Shown here one piece after another: positions 19,941 to 29,808 of a DNA stretch of 64,000 nucleotides. Position 1 is the first letter of the stretch; each line of letters opens with the position of its first letter. The stretch is from a virus, in the IMG/VR virus record IMGVR_UViG_3300028920_000006, positions 7,843 to 71,842 of that record. The stretch is one strand, 5' to 3'. Under the pieces are notes generated by a model. It searched no databases. It saw only the letters and a list, made by a program, of their open reading frames with translations, and was not told the origin of the DNA. Made by a program: the position numbers and the translations under genes.

Positions 19941-21602
19941 TCACCTCCCTTGTAGTTCTTTCACCAGTTCGTCCACCAAGTTGAAGTCTGCTGCCTCCTT
20001 TCCGTCTACCACCTGTGCGAACACATCCCGTTTCCTGTCAAGCAGTTCCAGTATCTTAATCTCGACCGTACCCATAGCGGCCAGATACCAACAATTCATC
20101 TTATCCGCGGTCTGCCCTATCCTGTCCATGCGTGCATCTGCTTGATCATGATCTGACGGGGACCACATAAATTCTATTGTGGCTGTGTTGCTAGCCGCCG
20201 TCAGGTTCAGACCTAGGGAAGCCGCTTCTATGTTGCCTATGAACAGACGTACCTGATCATCCTTCTGGAAAGCCTTCTGTGCCTTGTGCCGCTTCTTAAG
20301 GGGTACCGAACCGTCTACCCGCACTGCTATGGATTCAAAGTGACTGTGGATTGTCTTCACTACACTCTTGTGAACACAGTATAGGATTAGCTTTTCATCT
20401 GATGCCAAGAAGCTTTCCACCCACTGTATCACAGCTTTGGTCTTGCCCTTTACGGCAATCTGTTTCAGGTATTCCACCTTTGTCAGTGCTTCATTACTGG
20501 TAGACTTGTCAACACGCTCTTTGGAATACCCCTTGTCCTGTAGCCATGACTTGAGGTCTCGTTCTGCTTTACGGTATTCACCCTTGTTGTCTATCTCCAT
20601 GGGGATAACACTGCGTGTCACAGGGGGTAACTCTTTTAACACATCCCTCTTGCGCCTGCGTAACATCACAGACTTGTGTAATATCTTGTGTAGCTCTTGG
20701 GAGTTGTCATCCCCTTTGAAGTCCCATGACCAGCCGTTCCACTCTGCTCCACAATACCTCTGCATGTAATACCAGAACGAGGGGAACAGTGAAGGTGCTA
20801 TGATACTCAGGATGGTGAACAGTTCAAATGATCTGCTTTTGATTGGTGTGCCAGTCAGCCCTATCACGTGAGGTACGTCACGTGAGATAGATATAGCTGC
20901 TCTAGTACGTTGTGCCTTTCTGTTCTTTACGTGATGTATCTCATCAAACACTATGACTGAAGGTTGCAGCTTGCGAATCTGCATCTTCCACTGGAAGAGC
21001 ACAGCATAGTTGATGATGTAGATACCTTCGCGTTCCAGCTTGTGTGCACGCTTGCCGGAAAGTATTGTGGTCTTCTCCTTCTTGGGCATCCACGCCCGTA
21101 TCTCACGCTCCCAGTTGTACTTCAGATAGCCCGGTACTACGACCACCACAGGACGGTGCTTCTTGCGTAGCTGTAGCCAAGCGATGGTCTCGATTGTTTT
21201 GCCTATACCCATCTCGTCTGCGTTGAGGAACCTACCATGGCGACTCTCGCAGAACCACACTGCTTCCTTTTGGTATCTGCGCAGTTTGCACTTCAGCCCC
21301 TTGATCTTCACCTTCTTGATCGTAAGCCCTTCCCACGGTGTCAGGTCCCCACCTGCATCCATGATAAGCAGATTGGCTTGCTTCTTGTAGTTCTTGCCCT
21401 TTTCTAGACGTGTTTTGAGTGACTCCAGTTTGAGTACATTGGCGACGCAGAAGTCTGCTATCCAGTGGGGTTTGGGATCAGGTTTGTACTTCCTGCCTTG
21501 TAGTGTACGGACCATCCCGATTAGGTTCTGATCACGGTGTGACATTCGTATCTTAATCTTTGTACCCTTACCGCACAGACCGACCCATACTCTAGCCGAC
21601 AT
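19941..21602 (-). CDS. SNF2-family helicase/translocase (HARP-like)
   Basis: ADEMGIGKT, DEIH, LTGTP, GLNLT, QADARMDRIGQ. Confidence 0.92.
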   Translation of the reverse strand: MSARVWVGLCGKGTKIKIRMSHRDQNLIGMVRTLQGRKYKPDPKPHWIADFCVANVLKLESLKTRLEKGKNYKKQANLLIMDAGGDLTPWEGLTIKKVKIKGLKCKLRRYQKEAVWFCESRHGRFLNADEMGIGKTIETIAWLQLRKKHRPVVVVVPGYLKYNWEREIRAWMPKKEKTTILSGKRAHKLEREGIYIINYAVLFQWKMQIRKLQPSVIVFDEIHHVKNRKAQRTRAAISISRDVPHVIGLTGTPIKSRSFELFTILSIIAPSLFPSFWYYMQRYCGAEWNGWSWDFKGDDNSQELHKILHKSVMLRRRKRDVLKELPPVTRSVIPMEIDNKGEYRKAERDLKSWLQDKGYSKERVDKSTSNEALTKVEYLKQIAVKGKTKAVIQWVESFLASDEKLILYCVHKSVVKTIHSHFESIAVRVDGSVPLKKRHKAQKAFQKDDQVRLFIGNIEAASLGLNLTAASNTATIEFMWSPSDHDQADARMDRIGQTADKMNCWYLAAMGTVEIKILELLDRKRDVFAQVVDGKEAADFNLVDELVKELQGR

Positions 21603-21879
21603 CGTCTACCACCCTTTCCCATTCAATCTGCCAGCGTAGGCATCTCTTGTCCACTCCTCCGCAAGCGTACAGGTAATCACGTTCAAACTCGATCTTGCTT
21701 ACTTGCACGTCTGGTATTGGAACGCCACAGGCTTCACGAATGGTGTCTTGTAGCAGTATGATCATGCGCGGTAGTCTTACGTTCTTTAGTGAGGGGCAAA
21801 ACTGCACATCCCGTTCGTCAGTGTTGACCTTGAACAACTTCGGTTTCATTTCACCTAGAAACACAAGGTTGATATTCAT
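21592..21879 (-). CDS. hypothetical protein
   Basis: GGAGGAGG RBS before MNINLV. Confidence 0.55.
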   Translation of the reverse strand: MNINLVFLGEMKPKLFKVNTDERDVQFCPSLKNVRLPRMIILLQDTIREACGVPIPDVQVSKIEFERDYLYACGGVDKRCLRWQIEWERVVDDVG

Positions 21880-22042
21880 TTCAGTTCCTCCTCCAGTTTT
21901 TGTACTGCATCTTTCAACCTGCATCTATCCCTGTGGAGAAAGGCGGGGTCACCACGATCTTCTATAGCATATCGTGTCAGGGATCTATATATGCTTTTCA
22001 GTTCCATTGTTATTTTCCTTAATTTTTCTAGCTTCTCAGCGG

Positions 22043-22567
22043 TCATCTAAACACCCCTTTCAGTTCTCTAAACGCTTCCCAGATAGTAGCATGGCACCAC
22101 CCTATCTTGAGCAGATAGCGTTGGATGGCACCTCGTATCATCTTAGGAGGCTCTGTTCCTATTATCCCTAGTGTCTCTACCGGCGCATCCAGTAGTATAG
22201 ACACAATCTCCTGTGCTTCTTTGGACAAGCTATAAAGCAGGTCCTTGAAAGCACAAACCTTCATAGGGGTGTTATCCGTCACCGGCTCCTGTATATACAC
22301 ACTGTCAGGACTCACCGGCGCGTCGTGCCGCCTCATGTAGTCTATGAATCCTGTGCGTAGTTTGATGGTGAGTATGGTGGAGAAAGAACCCCTACTTGAA
22401 TCCCACTTGTCAACGGCATCCATGAACAGTTTGTGACCCAGCGATTGCAGGTCTGATTCAGGGATGCCTGTAGTCGCTGCGAACTTGTGCGCAGCAGATG
22501 TGATCATGTTTGTGTACTTGCTGTACAACCTTTCAGTCGTTACAGGGAATCTAGTACGTCGCATCAA
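22043..22567 (-). CDS. sigma70 region 2-like protein (phage sigma factor, no obvious region 4)
   Basis: LYSKY..MI..AA.KF..DLQ.LG..AVDKWD..RGSFST..R..FIDYMR matches sigma region 2 pattern. Confidence 0.7.
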   Translation of the reverse strand: MMRRTRFPVTTERLYSKYTNMITSAAHKFAATTGIPESDLQSLGHKLFMDAVDKWDSSRGSFSTILTIKLRTGFIDYMRRHDAPVSPDSVYIQEPVTDNTPMKVCAFKDLLYSLSKEAQEIVSILLDAPVETLGIIGTEPPKMIRGAIQRYLLKIGWCHATIWEAFRELKGVFR

Positions 22568-22812
22568 TATACCTTTTCTTTACGCTTCTGTTCACGTATC
22601 CACTTGGAGATGAGATATTCCAGTGTGTTACCAGCAGTCTCTCCCCGTTCGTGACACATGGCTACGAACTTCCTGCGCAATTTGCATGGGAAGTTCTTGA
22701 TACCCCAGAACGTGCTCGTAGCGGTTGGTGTTTCCTTCTGCTTTTTCTTTTTGCCCTTTTTCACGCTTTTCCTTGTCCTTTTCACTTTGTCCTCCTTCTT
22801 TTCTTGTCCCAC
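22564..22812 (-). CDS. small basic protein, possible ribbon-helix-helix DNA binder
   Basis: WGIKNFPCKLRRKFVAMCHERGET..LEYLI. Confidence 0.5.
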   Translation of the reverse strand: MGQEKKEDKVKRTRKSVKKGKKKKQKETPTATSTFWGIKNFPCKLRRKFVAMCHERGETAGNTLEYLISKWIREQKRKEKVY

Positions 22813-23441
22813 TTGGCTTTCTTTGCCTTGTGTCGTTTCAATACATATTCTTTCTTACCTTTCAGAAGTTTGACTGGTAGAACCCTACCACAGACAGGGC
22901 ATCTAGCGCGTAGCCCATTCACCCACGATCTATGTATACGTACTTTCACTCCTCTCTTCAATGGGTTCTTCCCACGTATGATAACAGCATCTTCAAGTGG
23001 GATGTATTTCCCAAGATTACACTTATCAGGATACAATTTATCTTCACGTTTTACCTTGAAGATAGAATCTTTTATATGACATACCTGATCAAATGTTTTT
23101 TCTCCCTCTATTTCGTATCCATATATGGCAATAGCTTTCGGTGTCCAGTATTGTGGTACTCGTTCCCACGTCTCGGCGGATACCAGTGTGAAGTGTGGTT
23201 CTTCAGTCAGTGGTTTGTGATCGTCAATAATAATTAGCTTGCAAGCTACCCCCTCCTTCCCAATTATAGAACCTACCCTATACGGGGGGATCCGTATGGC
23301 TCCGTGGGGTAGCTTGTGTGTCCGTGTTCTAGTGGCTTTAATGTTTGTACTACCCTTACTACGCCTTGTCCGCTGTAGGCCATTGTGCGGAGCCCTTGTC
23401 CTATGGCGCTTTGGGGGTTTCCGTGTGCGTGCTCTTTTCAT
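22782..23441 (-). CDS. hypothetical protein with Arg/Thr-rich N-terminus
   Basis: 219 aa; AGGAG RBS; CPVC. Confidence 0.6.
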   Translation of the reverse strand: MKRARTRKPPKRHRTRAPHNGLQRTRRSKGSTNIKATRTRTHKLPHGAIRIPPYRVGSIIGKEGVACKLIIIDDHKPLTEEPHFTLVSAETWERVPQYWTPKAIAIYGYEIEGEKTFDQVCHIKDSIFKVKREDKLYPDKCNLGKYIPLEDAVIIRGKNPLKRGVKVRIHRSWVNGLRARCPVCGRVLPVKLLKGKKEYVLKRHKAKKAKWDKKRRRTK

Positions 23442-23571
23442 ATGTGCTCCTTTGCTGTAGAACTCCGGCGAACAATGCTTCCAAGATCATATACGCGGTT
23501 AGTACTGCGCCGACGAATGCTACTACAGTGATCACCCAATCGTACTTGTGCTTCTTTCTGTTGGGTATCAT
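23401..23571 (-). CDS. small membrane protein
   Basis: MIPNRKKHKYDWVITVVAFVGAVLTAYMIL; ATGA overlap. Confidence 0.45.
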   Translation of the reverse strand: MIPNRKKHKYDWVITVVAFVGAVLTAYMILEALFAGVLQQRSTYEKSTHTETPKAP

Positions 23572-24365
23572 CTGATAGCCTTTCTTGCGTCGTTTCGCAT
23601 TGTCCGCCATGTCACAATGATACCAGACTCCACCGCCTCCGCCGCGCTCGCCGCCATCGCCGTCGCGCTCGTCGCGCTCGCCGCCATCGCCGTCGCGCTC
23701 GTAGCGCTCGCCATCGCCGTCACCATCGCCGTCGCGCTCGTCGCGCTCGCCGCCATCGCCGCGCTCGCCGCGCTCGCCGCCGCCTCCGCCGCGCTCGCCG
23801 CGCTCGCCGCCGCCTCCGCCGCGCTCGCCGCGCTCGCCGTCATCGCCGTCGCCTCCGCCGCGCTCGCCGCGCTCGCCGCCATCGCCGTCGCCACCGACGC
23901 CACCGACGCCGCCATCGCCGTCGCCATCGTCACCGTCAACCATGGTGTTGTGATTGTGTCACTCTTGAGCCATCGCAACACAGTTCTGTCAGTATCGCAC
24001 ATCCGCATAAGCGGGTAGACGCGCAATGTCACCAATCGTGAAAACTTAATACGTTGTTCTGTGGTGATTTCTGGCAGATCCATTTGATACACTGTCGTCA
24101 GGCTAGTACATCCACACTTGTCGGCTTGATCTAATCCAACTATCCCATCACACACCCATAAGTGAGGGTTGCTCAGATTCGCATGGACCGGGTTCATCAG
24201 GACAGCCACATATGGATCCCGGTATGCATGTATCCATTCATCGTTACAAAGATACATGGAGCACCCATTTGCAGTATGAGTGACGCCTGATCCCCATTGG
24301 GTTTCATTATACTCACCAGTCCGAGTCTTGTCGTTCTCATCAGTCAGTTTGTATAGTGTGCTCAT
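23568..24365 (-). CDS. phage protein with Ala-rich tandem repeats
   Basis: Globular N-terminus (LYKLTD..TQWG..LC..WIHAY..P..A.LMNP.HA), then AMAASAAS/AAEA repeats at 23633-23940. Confidence 0.7.
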   Translation of the reverse strand: MSTLYKLTDENDKTRTGEYNETQWGSGVTHTANGCSMYLCNDEWIHAYRDPYVAVLMNPVHANLSNPHLWVCDGIVGLDQADKCGCTSLTTVYQMDLPEITTEQRIKFSRLVTLRVYPLMRMCDTDRTVLRWLKSDTITTPWLTVTMATAMAASVASVATAMAASAASAAEATAMTASAASAAEAAASAASAAEAAASAASAAMAASATSATAMVTAMASATSATAMAASATSATAMAASAAEAVESGIIVTWRTMRNDARKAIR

Positions 24366-24988
24366 TAGATGTACTCCAGTATGCCCTTGACCGGGTGTTT
24401 AGGGATATCAATCCCCATGTTGTTCTTGAATATCTTGGTGTCCACGTGAGGCCGCAGTGCCATGATAAACGCTGCCCTTGTGCTGATATGCAGATTGCGC
24501 ATCAGATCTATCTTCACACCTGCTTTCCAGCAAGTGCGGTAGACGTTCAAGCCAAACCCTGATGTGATGATCACATACTCCGGTCCTGCTTTGATGGCCA
24601 TCTGTATGCTCTTCTTCTTGACCACGCTCACCAGACTGGACTGCCACAGCCGCAGATTACGGCATTGTCTTGGTGTCCAGTCAGGCCATCTGGCCTGCAT
24701 CCGCCGTTCCTGTTCGTCTACATCAAACCGTGACCACACCATCCACACCGGCTTGTCCAGATCGAACAAGTCACTGAGTTGCATGTTGTGTGTAGCATTG
24801 TTCTTGCAGATGCGATTACGCTTGTCACCCTTGCCCAGATAGTTGGGACACCCTTTTGGATGACCGGGGTATGGCATGCCACACCAATGAGCACACTGTT
24901 TTATAGGATGCTCAATGATCCATTCCCGCTTCATCTTCTTCACATAGTGACGCATACGCTTTCGCAGGTGTTCCTTCATTTCTTTCAT
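24365..24988 (-). CDS. DUF2284-like Cys-rich metal-binding protein
   Basis: WCGMPYPGHPKGCPNY..C, QCRN..LWQ, GLNVYRT. Confidence 0.55.
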   Translation of the reverse strand: MKEMKEHLRKRMRHYVKKMKREWIIEHPIKQCAHWCGMPYPGHPKGCPNYLGKGDKRNRICKNNATHNMQLSDLFDLDKPVWMVWSRFDVDEQERRMQARWPDWTPRQCRNLRLWQSSLVSVVKKKSIQMAIKAGPEYVIITSGFGLNVYRTCWKAGVKIDLMRNLHISTRAAFIMALRPHVDTKIFKNNMGIDIPKHPVKGILEYI

Positions 24989-25194
24989 TGTTTTGTTATC
25001 CCTTCTTAGTTTCGTTTGTGTAGGCAGACGCGAAGCTCAGTTGTACTTCCAGCGCCTTGCACTCTACATCCGTTGCGGCTATGCTGTGATAACCGTCTTC
25101 GTCGGTTATCTGCTTTACCAGACTCCCGTTCGGGTCCATGTGAAACCACCCCGCTTCGTCCCGCGTCAGTATAGCGAAGTACCTAGTTTGTTTA

Positions 25195-25581
25195 TCAGGA
25201 ATGACTTATCTCCAGTTTGGTCTTCAATTCAAATGCCTCCATACGCGTCTTGTATACCGTTCCGTCCACAGCCCACTCGTCATGGTCCTGCGTAACTATC
25301 CATCCAGTTCCATCCCTCTTGTCACGGTGAGTCTGCTTCAGGTGGTACTTCGGTATGTGAGGGGGATGGAACACCTTCGTCGCCGGACTGAACAGGTCCT
25401 GCAGTGTGAGATCAATAGACTCTGCTCCTCTACAGGCTACACACCTGACTTTACCAGTTTCTCTTGAGCGGTAGAACCGCCTGATGAAGAACAACCCCTT
25501 CACACCCTTTGTCTTGGCTATGATGGGGGCGAGGTCTACCGCCATGCCTATCATCTGCTGTTGTGTTTTGAACTGCTTCAT
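25195..25581 (-). CDS. hypothetical protein
   Basis: Start re-called at MKQFK (ATGA overlap). Confidence 0.5.
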   Translation of the reverse strand: MKQFKTQQQMIGMAVDLAPIIAKTKGVKGLFFIRRFYRSRETGKVRCVACRGAESIDLTLQDLFSPATKVFHPPHIPKYHLKQTHRDKRDGTGWIVTQDHDEWAVDGTVYKTRMEAFELKTKLEISHS

Positions 25582-25946
25582 TTCGCCGGTCCTTCCAGTT
25601 TGTTCTGTTCTTCCTCTAGGTGACTTGCCGCATCCACCCCTGCTCTGTCCAGTTGCTCCTGATACCCTGCTTCGGTCATGCATACGCCAGTTTTCATGAC
25701 ATCACAGACTGCTTCACATACATGTCTTTGCAGTCTGAGCGCAGTCGGTATGTCCAGTGTGACATGGAGAGCACCCCTTGGATAGAAGAAGGTGATTTCT
25801 ACTCCGCCTCGTGTGATGGGTATCGCCTTGATACCCACGTATTCTTCGACAACTATCGACTCCACATACGGTTCATTGTCGCTGGCCACCACGGAATTAA
25901 CTACCCTGAGACCGTTGATGCTTCTTGGTTGTACTTCCTTGTTCAC
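25578..25946 (-). CDS. hypothetical protein
   Basis: GAGGAGG RBS, GTGA overlap. Confidence 0.55.
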   Translation of the reverse strand: MNKEVQPRSINGLRVVNSVVASDNEPYVESIVVEEYVGIKAIPITRGGVEITFFYPRGALHVTLDIPTALRLQRHVCEAVCDVMKTGVCMTEAGYQEQLDRAGVDAASHLEEEQNKLEGPAK

Positions 25947-26143
25947 TTCGTTATCCTCCTCAGTTCTTCTTCCGTCAGGTCATGGACAGAAAACGATACC
26001 AAGTCCCTTATTGCCTTGTGAAGATATGTGGCCCGGTCCTCCACCATCTCCACTATCGAAGCATCGTCCTGATCCACCTTGTCCAGTACCCTTGTTTCCC
26101 AGTCGTTGATCACCTTATCCAATAGGATTGTATCAACTATCAC
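25943..26143 (-). CDS. hypothetical protein
   Basis: GGGAGGT RBS before GTG; upstream part of the track ORF runs through non-coding DNA. Confidence 0.45.
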   Translation of the reverse strand: MIVDTILLDKVINDWETRVLDKVDQDDASIVEMVEDRATYLHKAIRDLVSFSVHDLTEEELRRITK

Positions 26144-26159
26144 CGTTATCACCTCCCTT

Positions 26160-26470
26160 CGTAGCCCTCCACGTAGCGGTCTACGTAGCGGTATTTCTTT
26201 CCATCTTTCTTGCACTGTATTCAGATTGATGCCTGTTAGTAGTGTCGTCGTGCTCCCTTGCCTTGCCATACCAGTCGCCCAAAGCACCCACAATAGCAAA
26301 ACCCTATGCCCTTTGCAAGCCCTAAAAAACGGCCTACAATGGCGCACAAAGGACAAACACAAGCAAAGGTATAGCAACACCTTACCCAAACCCCCGGTCC
26401 GCTGTAGGGCATTGTAGCGTGTTATACGTGTGTGGCTTGTGCAGGGGTTTAACTACAGGGGGTTAACCCA
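26160..26470. promoter_or_regulatory. non-coding element related to 30730-31200
   Basis: Shares 19-mer CGGCCTACAATGGCGCACA (26330-26348 = 30965-30983), CTACGTAG and GGGGTTTAAC; low GA/TC. Confidence 0.5.
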
Positions 26471-26941
26471 TTAAACCACACTGAAGATCTCATGAAATTC
26501 CCCGTCTTCTTTGTAGTACCCACAGGTCACGTTACCATGGTCGTTTACCACGCAGAACGTTTCGTGAGGTTGTACCGTCGGCGGGCATTCCGGTTGATCC
26601 ATTGTGGGCATGTCGTTGAAGACAGGGTTATCTTCCTTTGCGCTCTCGACTGCAATGTACAGCCCAAAGTCACCCTCGTACCACCCCCAATAGTGGTACT
26701 CTCTTTCTTCCAGTGTGTTAAGGTAGTCTTCGGCTTCCTGTACCACATCGAAGAGGACGTAGTGGTCTTCCTGTGTTAAACCCTCTCGTCCTCTTTCCAC
26801 TATGCGGTCTGCGTCCCCTTCGGGATCTTCGTATCCAAAGCCTATAGCCATGGATATCACTTCGATACCAATGTCTTCTGATCCCCTCGCGCTGTCGAAG
26901 TAGCAACCGATCGGCGGTTCACCATAGTCTTCTTTGCTCAT
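26471..26941 (-). CDS. acidic hypothetical early protein
   Basis: GGAGGAG RBS; D/E-rich, VVNDHGNVT. Confidence 0.6.
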   Translation of the reverse strand: MSKEDYGEPPIGCYFDSARGSEDIGIEVISMAIGFGYEDPEGDADRIVERGREGLTQEDHYVLFDVVQEAEDYLNTLEEREYHYWGWYEGDFGLYIAVESAKEDNPVFNDMPTMDQPECPPTVQPHETFCVVNDHGNVTCGYYKEDGEFHEIFSVV

Positions 26942-27162
26942 CTGTCTCTCCTCCACTGTTCTGCCGCGCACAGTTTAACCAGATTGTCGTTTAACCTCCG
27001 GTCTAGTGGCGGCATATCTTCGGTCACCATCCTTATCACCTCTTGCCTGTAAGCTGCCAGTTTTTCGTCTGACAGGTCTATCAACCCCTCCCATTCTTGC
27101 TGCCAGCAAAAATCACCATTGCAGTTCTCATTAAACTGACAGTCTTCGCACATTGTTGTCAC
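26938..27162 (-). CDS. hypothetical protein (CxxC)
   Basis: 4-nt overlaps on both sides. Confidence 0.5.
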   Translation of the reverse strand: MTTMCEDCQFNENCNGDFCWQQEWEGLIDLSDEKLAAYRQEVIRMVTEDMPPLDRRLNDNLVKLCAAEQWRRDR

Positions 27163-27323
27163 AGTGTTTCCTCTGTACTGGATAACATGAATTTACGCTT
27201 GCCCTTGACCGACCAGACTTTGTTTGGTTGTGTCTTCACCTTCTTGGTCTTTTTGTGTTCTGCTCTGACTTGTTTACGCCAGTTCTTGTGCATCCAACCC
27301 GTTCTTTTCTTTTCTATAGTCAT
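27159..27323 (-). CDS. small basic hypothetical protein
   Basis: Start at MTIEKKRT. Confidence 0.45.
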   Translation of the reverse strand: MTIEKKRTGWMHKNWRKQVRAEHKKTKKVKTQPNKVWSVKGKRKFMLSSTEETL

Positions 27324-27340
27324 CTTTCTTCCTGTATCTT

Positions 27341-27658
27341 CTACGGGCCTATGTGGATGGCCGTTTGCAATTCGTGTTTCGATAGGGTTATCTCTGTACC
27401 CAACTGACATTCTATGTAATAACGTTTGTTTCTGTCCACATAGTAAACGATGCTATGCCATCCCGCCATCTTGTGAGGTTCGTAGTGTTTTCGTTCTCGT
27501 GTGTACCAACACATCCCTACGTGTGGTTGATGACTTCTGGCACTTAACCATGCAAGCGAAGATCGCACACAAGGAGTGCCATATGGTTTGCTGTTGATAC
27601 TGGTACAGCCAGTCAACAGCAAAACCATACAGATGATCACTACTATGATCGCCTTCAT
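27341..27658 (-). CDS. putative lipoprotein
   Basis: MKAIIVVIICMVLLLTGC lipobox. Confidence 0.6.
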   Translation of the reverse strand: MKAIIVVIICMVLLLTGCTSINSKPYGTPCVRSSLAWLSARSHQPHVGMCWYTRERKHYEPHKMAGWHSIVYYVDRNKRYYIECQLGTEITLSKHELQTAIHIGP

Positions 27659-28032
27659 TTCTGCTTCCCTTCTCCTTTAAACGAAATGATAGCGGTACGC
27701 TCCCTCTGCCTGTACCACTTCTGCTGTCGTGGTGTCATTCTGCTGAACCTGCGTCGCCCCAAGAGACCATTGTTCTCGTGGAACATGGCATTCGGTTTGC
27801 ACTTCAGCTTGATGTCTTTGGGAATGATCCCGGCCTTCACCAAGATGTTTCCTATCTTGGTTTTGAAGGCTTCTTGACCCGCCGGTGTTTTGTCGGCGTG
27901 CAGATGGCTTATGCGTATCGTGTCATCACTGTACAGATAGACACTCCACCATTCCCAACGACCACACACCTTCTTGATCGCTGTCAAGCGGGGGTCGCGC
28001 TTGTGTGTAATGTGTGCTCTTCGTTCGTCCAT
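27655..28032 (-). CDS. hypothetical protein
   Basis: AAGGAG RBS before MDERRAH. Confidence 0.55.
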   Translation of the reverse strand: MDERRAHITHKRDPRLTAIKKVCGRWEWWSVYLYSDDTIRISHLHADKTPAGQEAFKTKIGNILVKAGIIPKDIKLKCKPNAMFHENNGLLGRRRFSRMTPRQQKWYRQRERTAIISFKGEGKQK

Positions 28033-28046
28033 TGTCTTCGTGCTCC

Positions 28047-28148
28047 TTATCTCATGCGCAGTGTTGCCCGCGGCTTCTTCTTTGACTTCTTCGTCGTCTT
28101 CCTTTTTACCCTCCTTTTCTTTTTCTTGTGTACTAGCCTGTCGCTCAT
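28047..28148 (-). CDS. 33 aa highly basic peptide
   Basis: MSDRLVHKKKKRRVKRKTTKKSKKKPRATLRMR; ATGA overlap; manual translation. Confidence 0.4.
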   Translation of the reverse strand: MSDRLVHKKKKRRVKRKTTKKSKKKPRATLRMR

Positions 28149-28381
28149 TGCTCACTGCCTTTCTTGTCGTATTCCCGCAGCTTACGTTCTGCCTCTTTCC
28201 ACTTGCGGTCTGCCTCGTACCACTTGCAGTCTGCTTCGTACCACTTACGTTCTGCCTCTTTCCACTTGCGGCCTGCTTCATTCCGCTTGCGGCCTGCTTC
28301 GTTCCGCTTGCAGTCTGCTTCGTACCACTTACGTTCTGCCTCTTCAAGCGCCCTAACCAACTTTTCGCGTTCGTCACTCAT
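28145..28381 (-). CDS. short paralog of the heptad-repeat protein (about 8 units)
   Basis: MSDEREKLV...KLREYD; GAGGAGGT RBS; near-identical 21-bp units to 9554-10063. Confidence 0.7.
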   Translation of the reverse strand: MSDEREKLVRALEEAERKWYEADCKRNEAGRKRNEAGRKWKEAERKWYEADCKWYEADRKWKEAERKLREYDKKGSEQ

Positions 28382-28386
28382 CGTGC

Positions 28387-28707
28387 TCACCTCCTCATTC
28401 GTGCTCTGCATTCCTTGCATCTACCAGTCAGATCGCGTTTATTCCTTTCTTTATTAGTGTTATTGCATCTCTTTTCGTCTTCGTAGTCCAATGGGGATTG
28501 GTGGTTGTATCCCCTCTTGACCATTTCTTTGGCACAGGCGTCGTGTCGCTGGCGTATCCTACCGGGATCAATAAACCCCTTGTCTTGCAAGCGACCTAGC
28601 TTATGCCCGTTCTTGATCCACTCTGCCGCCATATGCTGCTCTACGTGCTCGCCTAGCAGATGCTTTCGGCAGAGATACTTTGGGTGAATCCCAACCCATT
28701 GTCTCAT
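28387..28707 (-). CDS. denV: pyrimidine dimer DNA glycosylase / endonuclease V family
   Basis: MRQW..IHPKYLCRKHLLGEHVE, RHD..EM.KRGYNH.SPL. Confidence 0.78.
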   Translation of the reverse strand: MRQWVGIHPKYLCRKHLLGEHVEQHMAAEWIKNGHKLGRLQDKGFIDPGRIRQRHDACAKEMVKRGYNHQSPLDYEDEKRCNNTNKERNKRDLTGRCKECRARMRR

Positions 28708-28931
28708 CGCTTTCCTCCTTCGTCACGTCTCCTTACACGTATCGCTTCTACCATCGCTTCCCAGACGATGTCGTCGAATGTGGATGCAATGATCTCTTCC
28801 AGGGAAGCTTCTTCGCCGCACATAAGGTCTTCGTTGAGCAGGTCTTGCAGATCGAGCCAATGCTCTTCCAGTGTGCAATCGAATAGTTTTTCCAACCTTG
28901 CCTTTTCTTCCTGGTCTATTTTCATGACCAC
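28704..28931 (-). CDS. small acidic protein (possible DNA mimic)
   Basis: 75 aa, D/E-rich helical. Confidence 0.5.
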   Translation of the reverse strand: MVMKIDQEEKARLEKLFDCTLEEHWLDLQDLLNEDLMCGEEASLEEIIASTFDDIVWEAMVEAIRVRRRDEGGKR

Positions 28932-28954
28932 CCTTTCTTCTTTACACAGTCGTT

Positions 28955-29254
28955 TTAGTCAATCAATATTTCGTTGTCATCTAAGTCCCATACGCGCCCA
29001 TTATAGGAAACACACGCGATGACTTTTTTGCTTTTCGCTTCGGTAATCGTACCCGCGTTTCTGGCAAGATTCCCTGCACCTAACCCATTACGGGTAATCC
29101 ATTCGCTAAATCGTTCGGATGCTTCCTTCAGCGAAGAAACTGTAATGGTCTGGCTGTGAGGGTCTTCTGGTGATTGTCGGTATCCAGAACCATTACCTTG
29201 CCCCCACATCAAGTCTACGTTCTGACCGTGCGCTAGATGAAGTATGTATTTCAT
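28955..29254 (-). CDS. hypothetical early protein
   Basis: GGGAGG RBS; SLKEAS..W..NGLGAGN..VSYNGRVW. Confidence 0.6.
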   Translation of the reverse strand: MKYILHLAHGQNVDLMWGQGNGSGYRQSPEDPHSQTITVSSLKEASERFSEWITRNGLGAGNLARNAGTITEAKSKKVIACVSYNGRVWDLDDNEILID

Positions 29255-29808
29255 CGTTCGTCCTCCCGGCTTGCAACGGTACACTAACTGTAAGTGTGCC
29301 AGTTTACACGCTTAACAATCGCGCTGTAGCGATCGCCGTAGCGGTCGTTGTACCCATCTTCGGTTTAGGTACGCGCGATTGCCAAGTCGTGTGCTCACTG
29401 TTGTTCCTTATCGACTTTCTCATCCCCACATCCATCGTGGTTACGCCCAACACAGTCGTCGCCTCGTAGCCGTCCAGATGACCATCGTCGTCGTAGCCGT
29501 CAACGTAGCCATCTTTCTACGCATCTTCCTTATGCGCTGGTTACACTATGGTCTTCAAAGCAGCACCGCAATCGTCGTGTCTACGGTTCCACGTGTAGTT
29601 TGGCATATCGCTCGTTCACGTGCACTGGTAGTTATACGCGAAGATCTTGGTTGTCGAATCGCTGTATCTACTAACCATATGGCGTCGCCCTGTGTAGTCT
29701 TTCAGCTTGTGGGCTCACTCGTGGGTGTTGTCTACCAGTCGGGTCTCTACCTTGCTATTGTGTACACTGTACACGCAAGGCACTCTTCGTACTGGCCCCT
29801 CACTCTTT

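Noticed and set aside
27655-28377. 240 aa ORF as annotated in the track (and 9391-9963)
   Set aside because: N-terminal part is an off-frame reading of the heptad repeat gene; the real start is likely 28032
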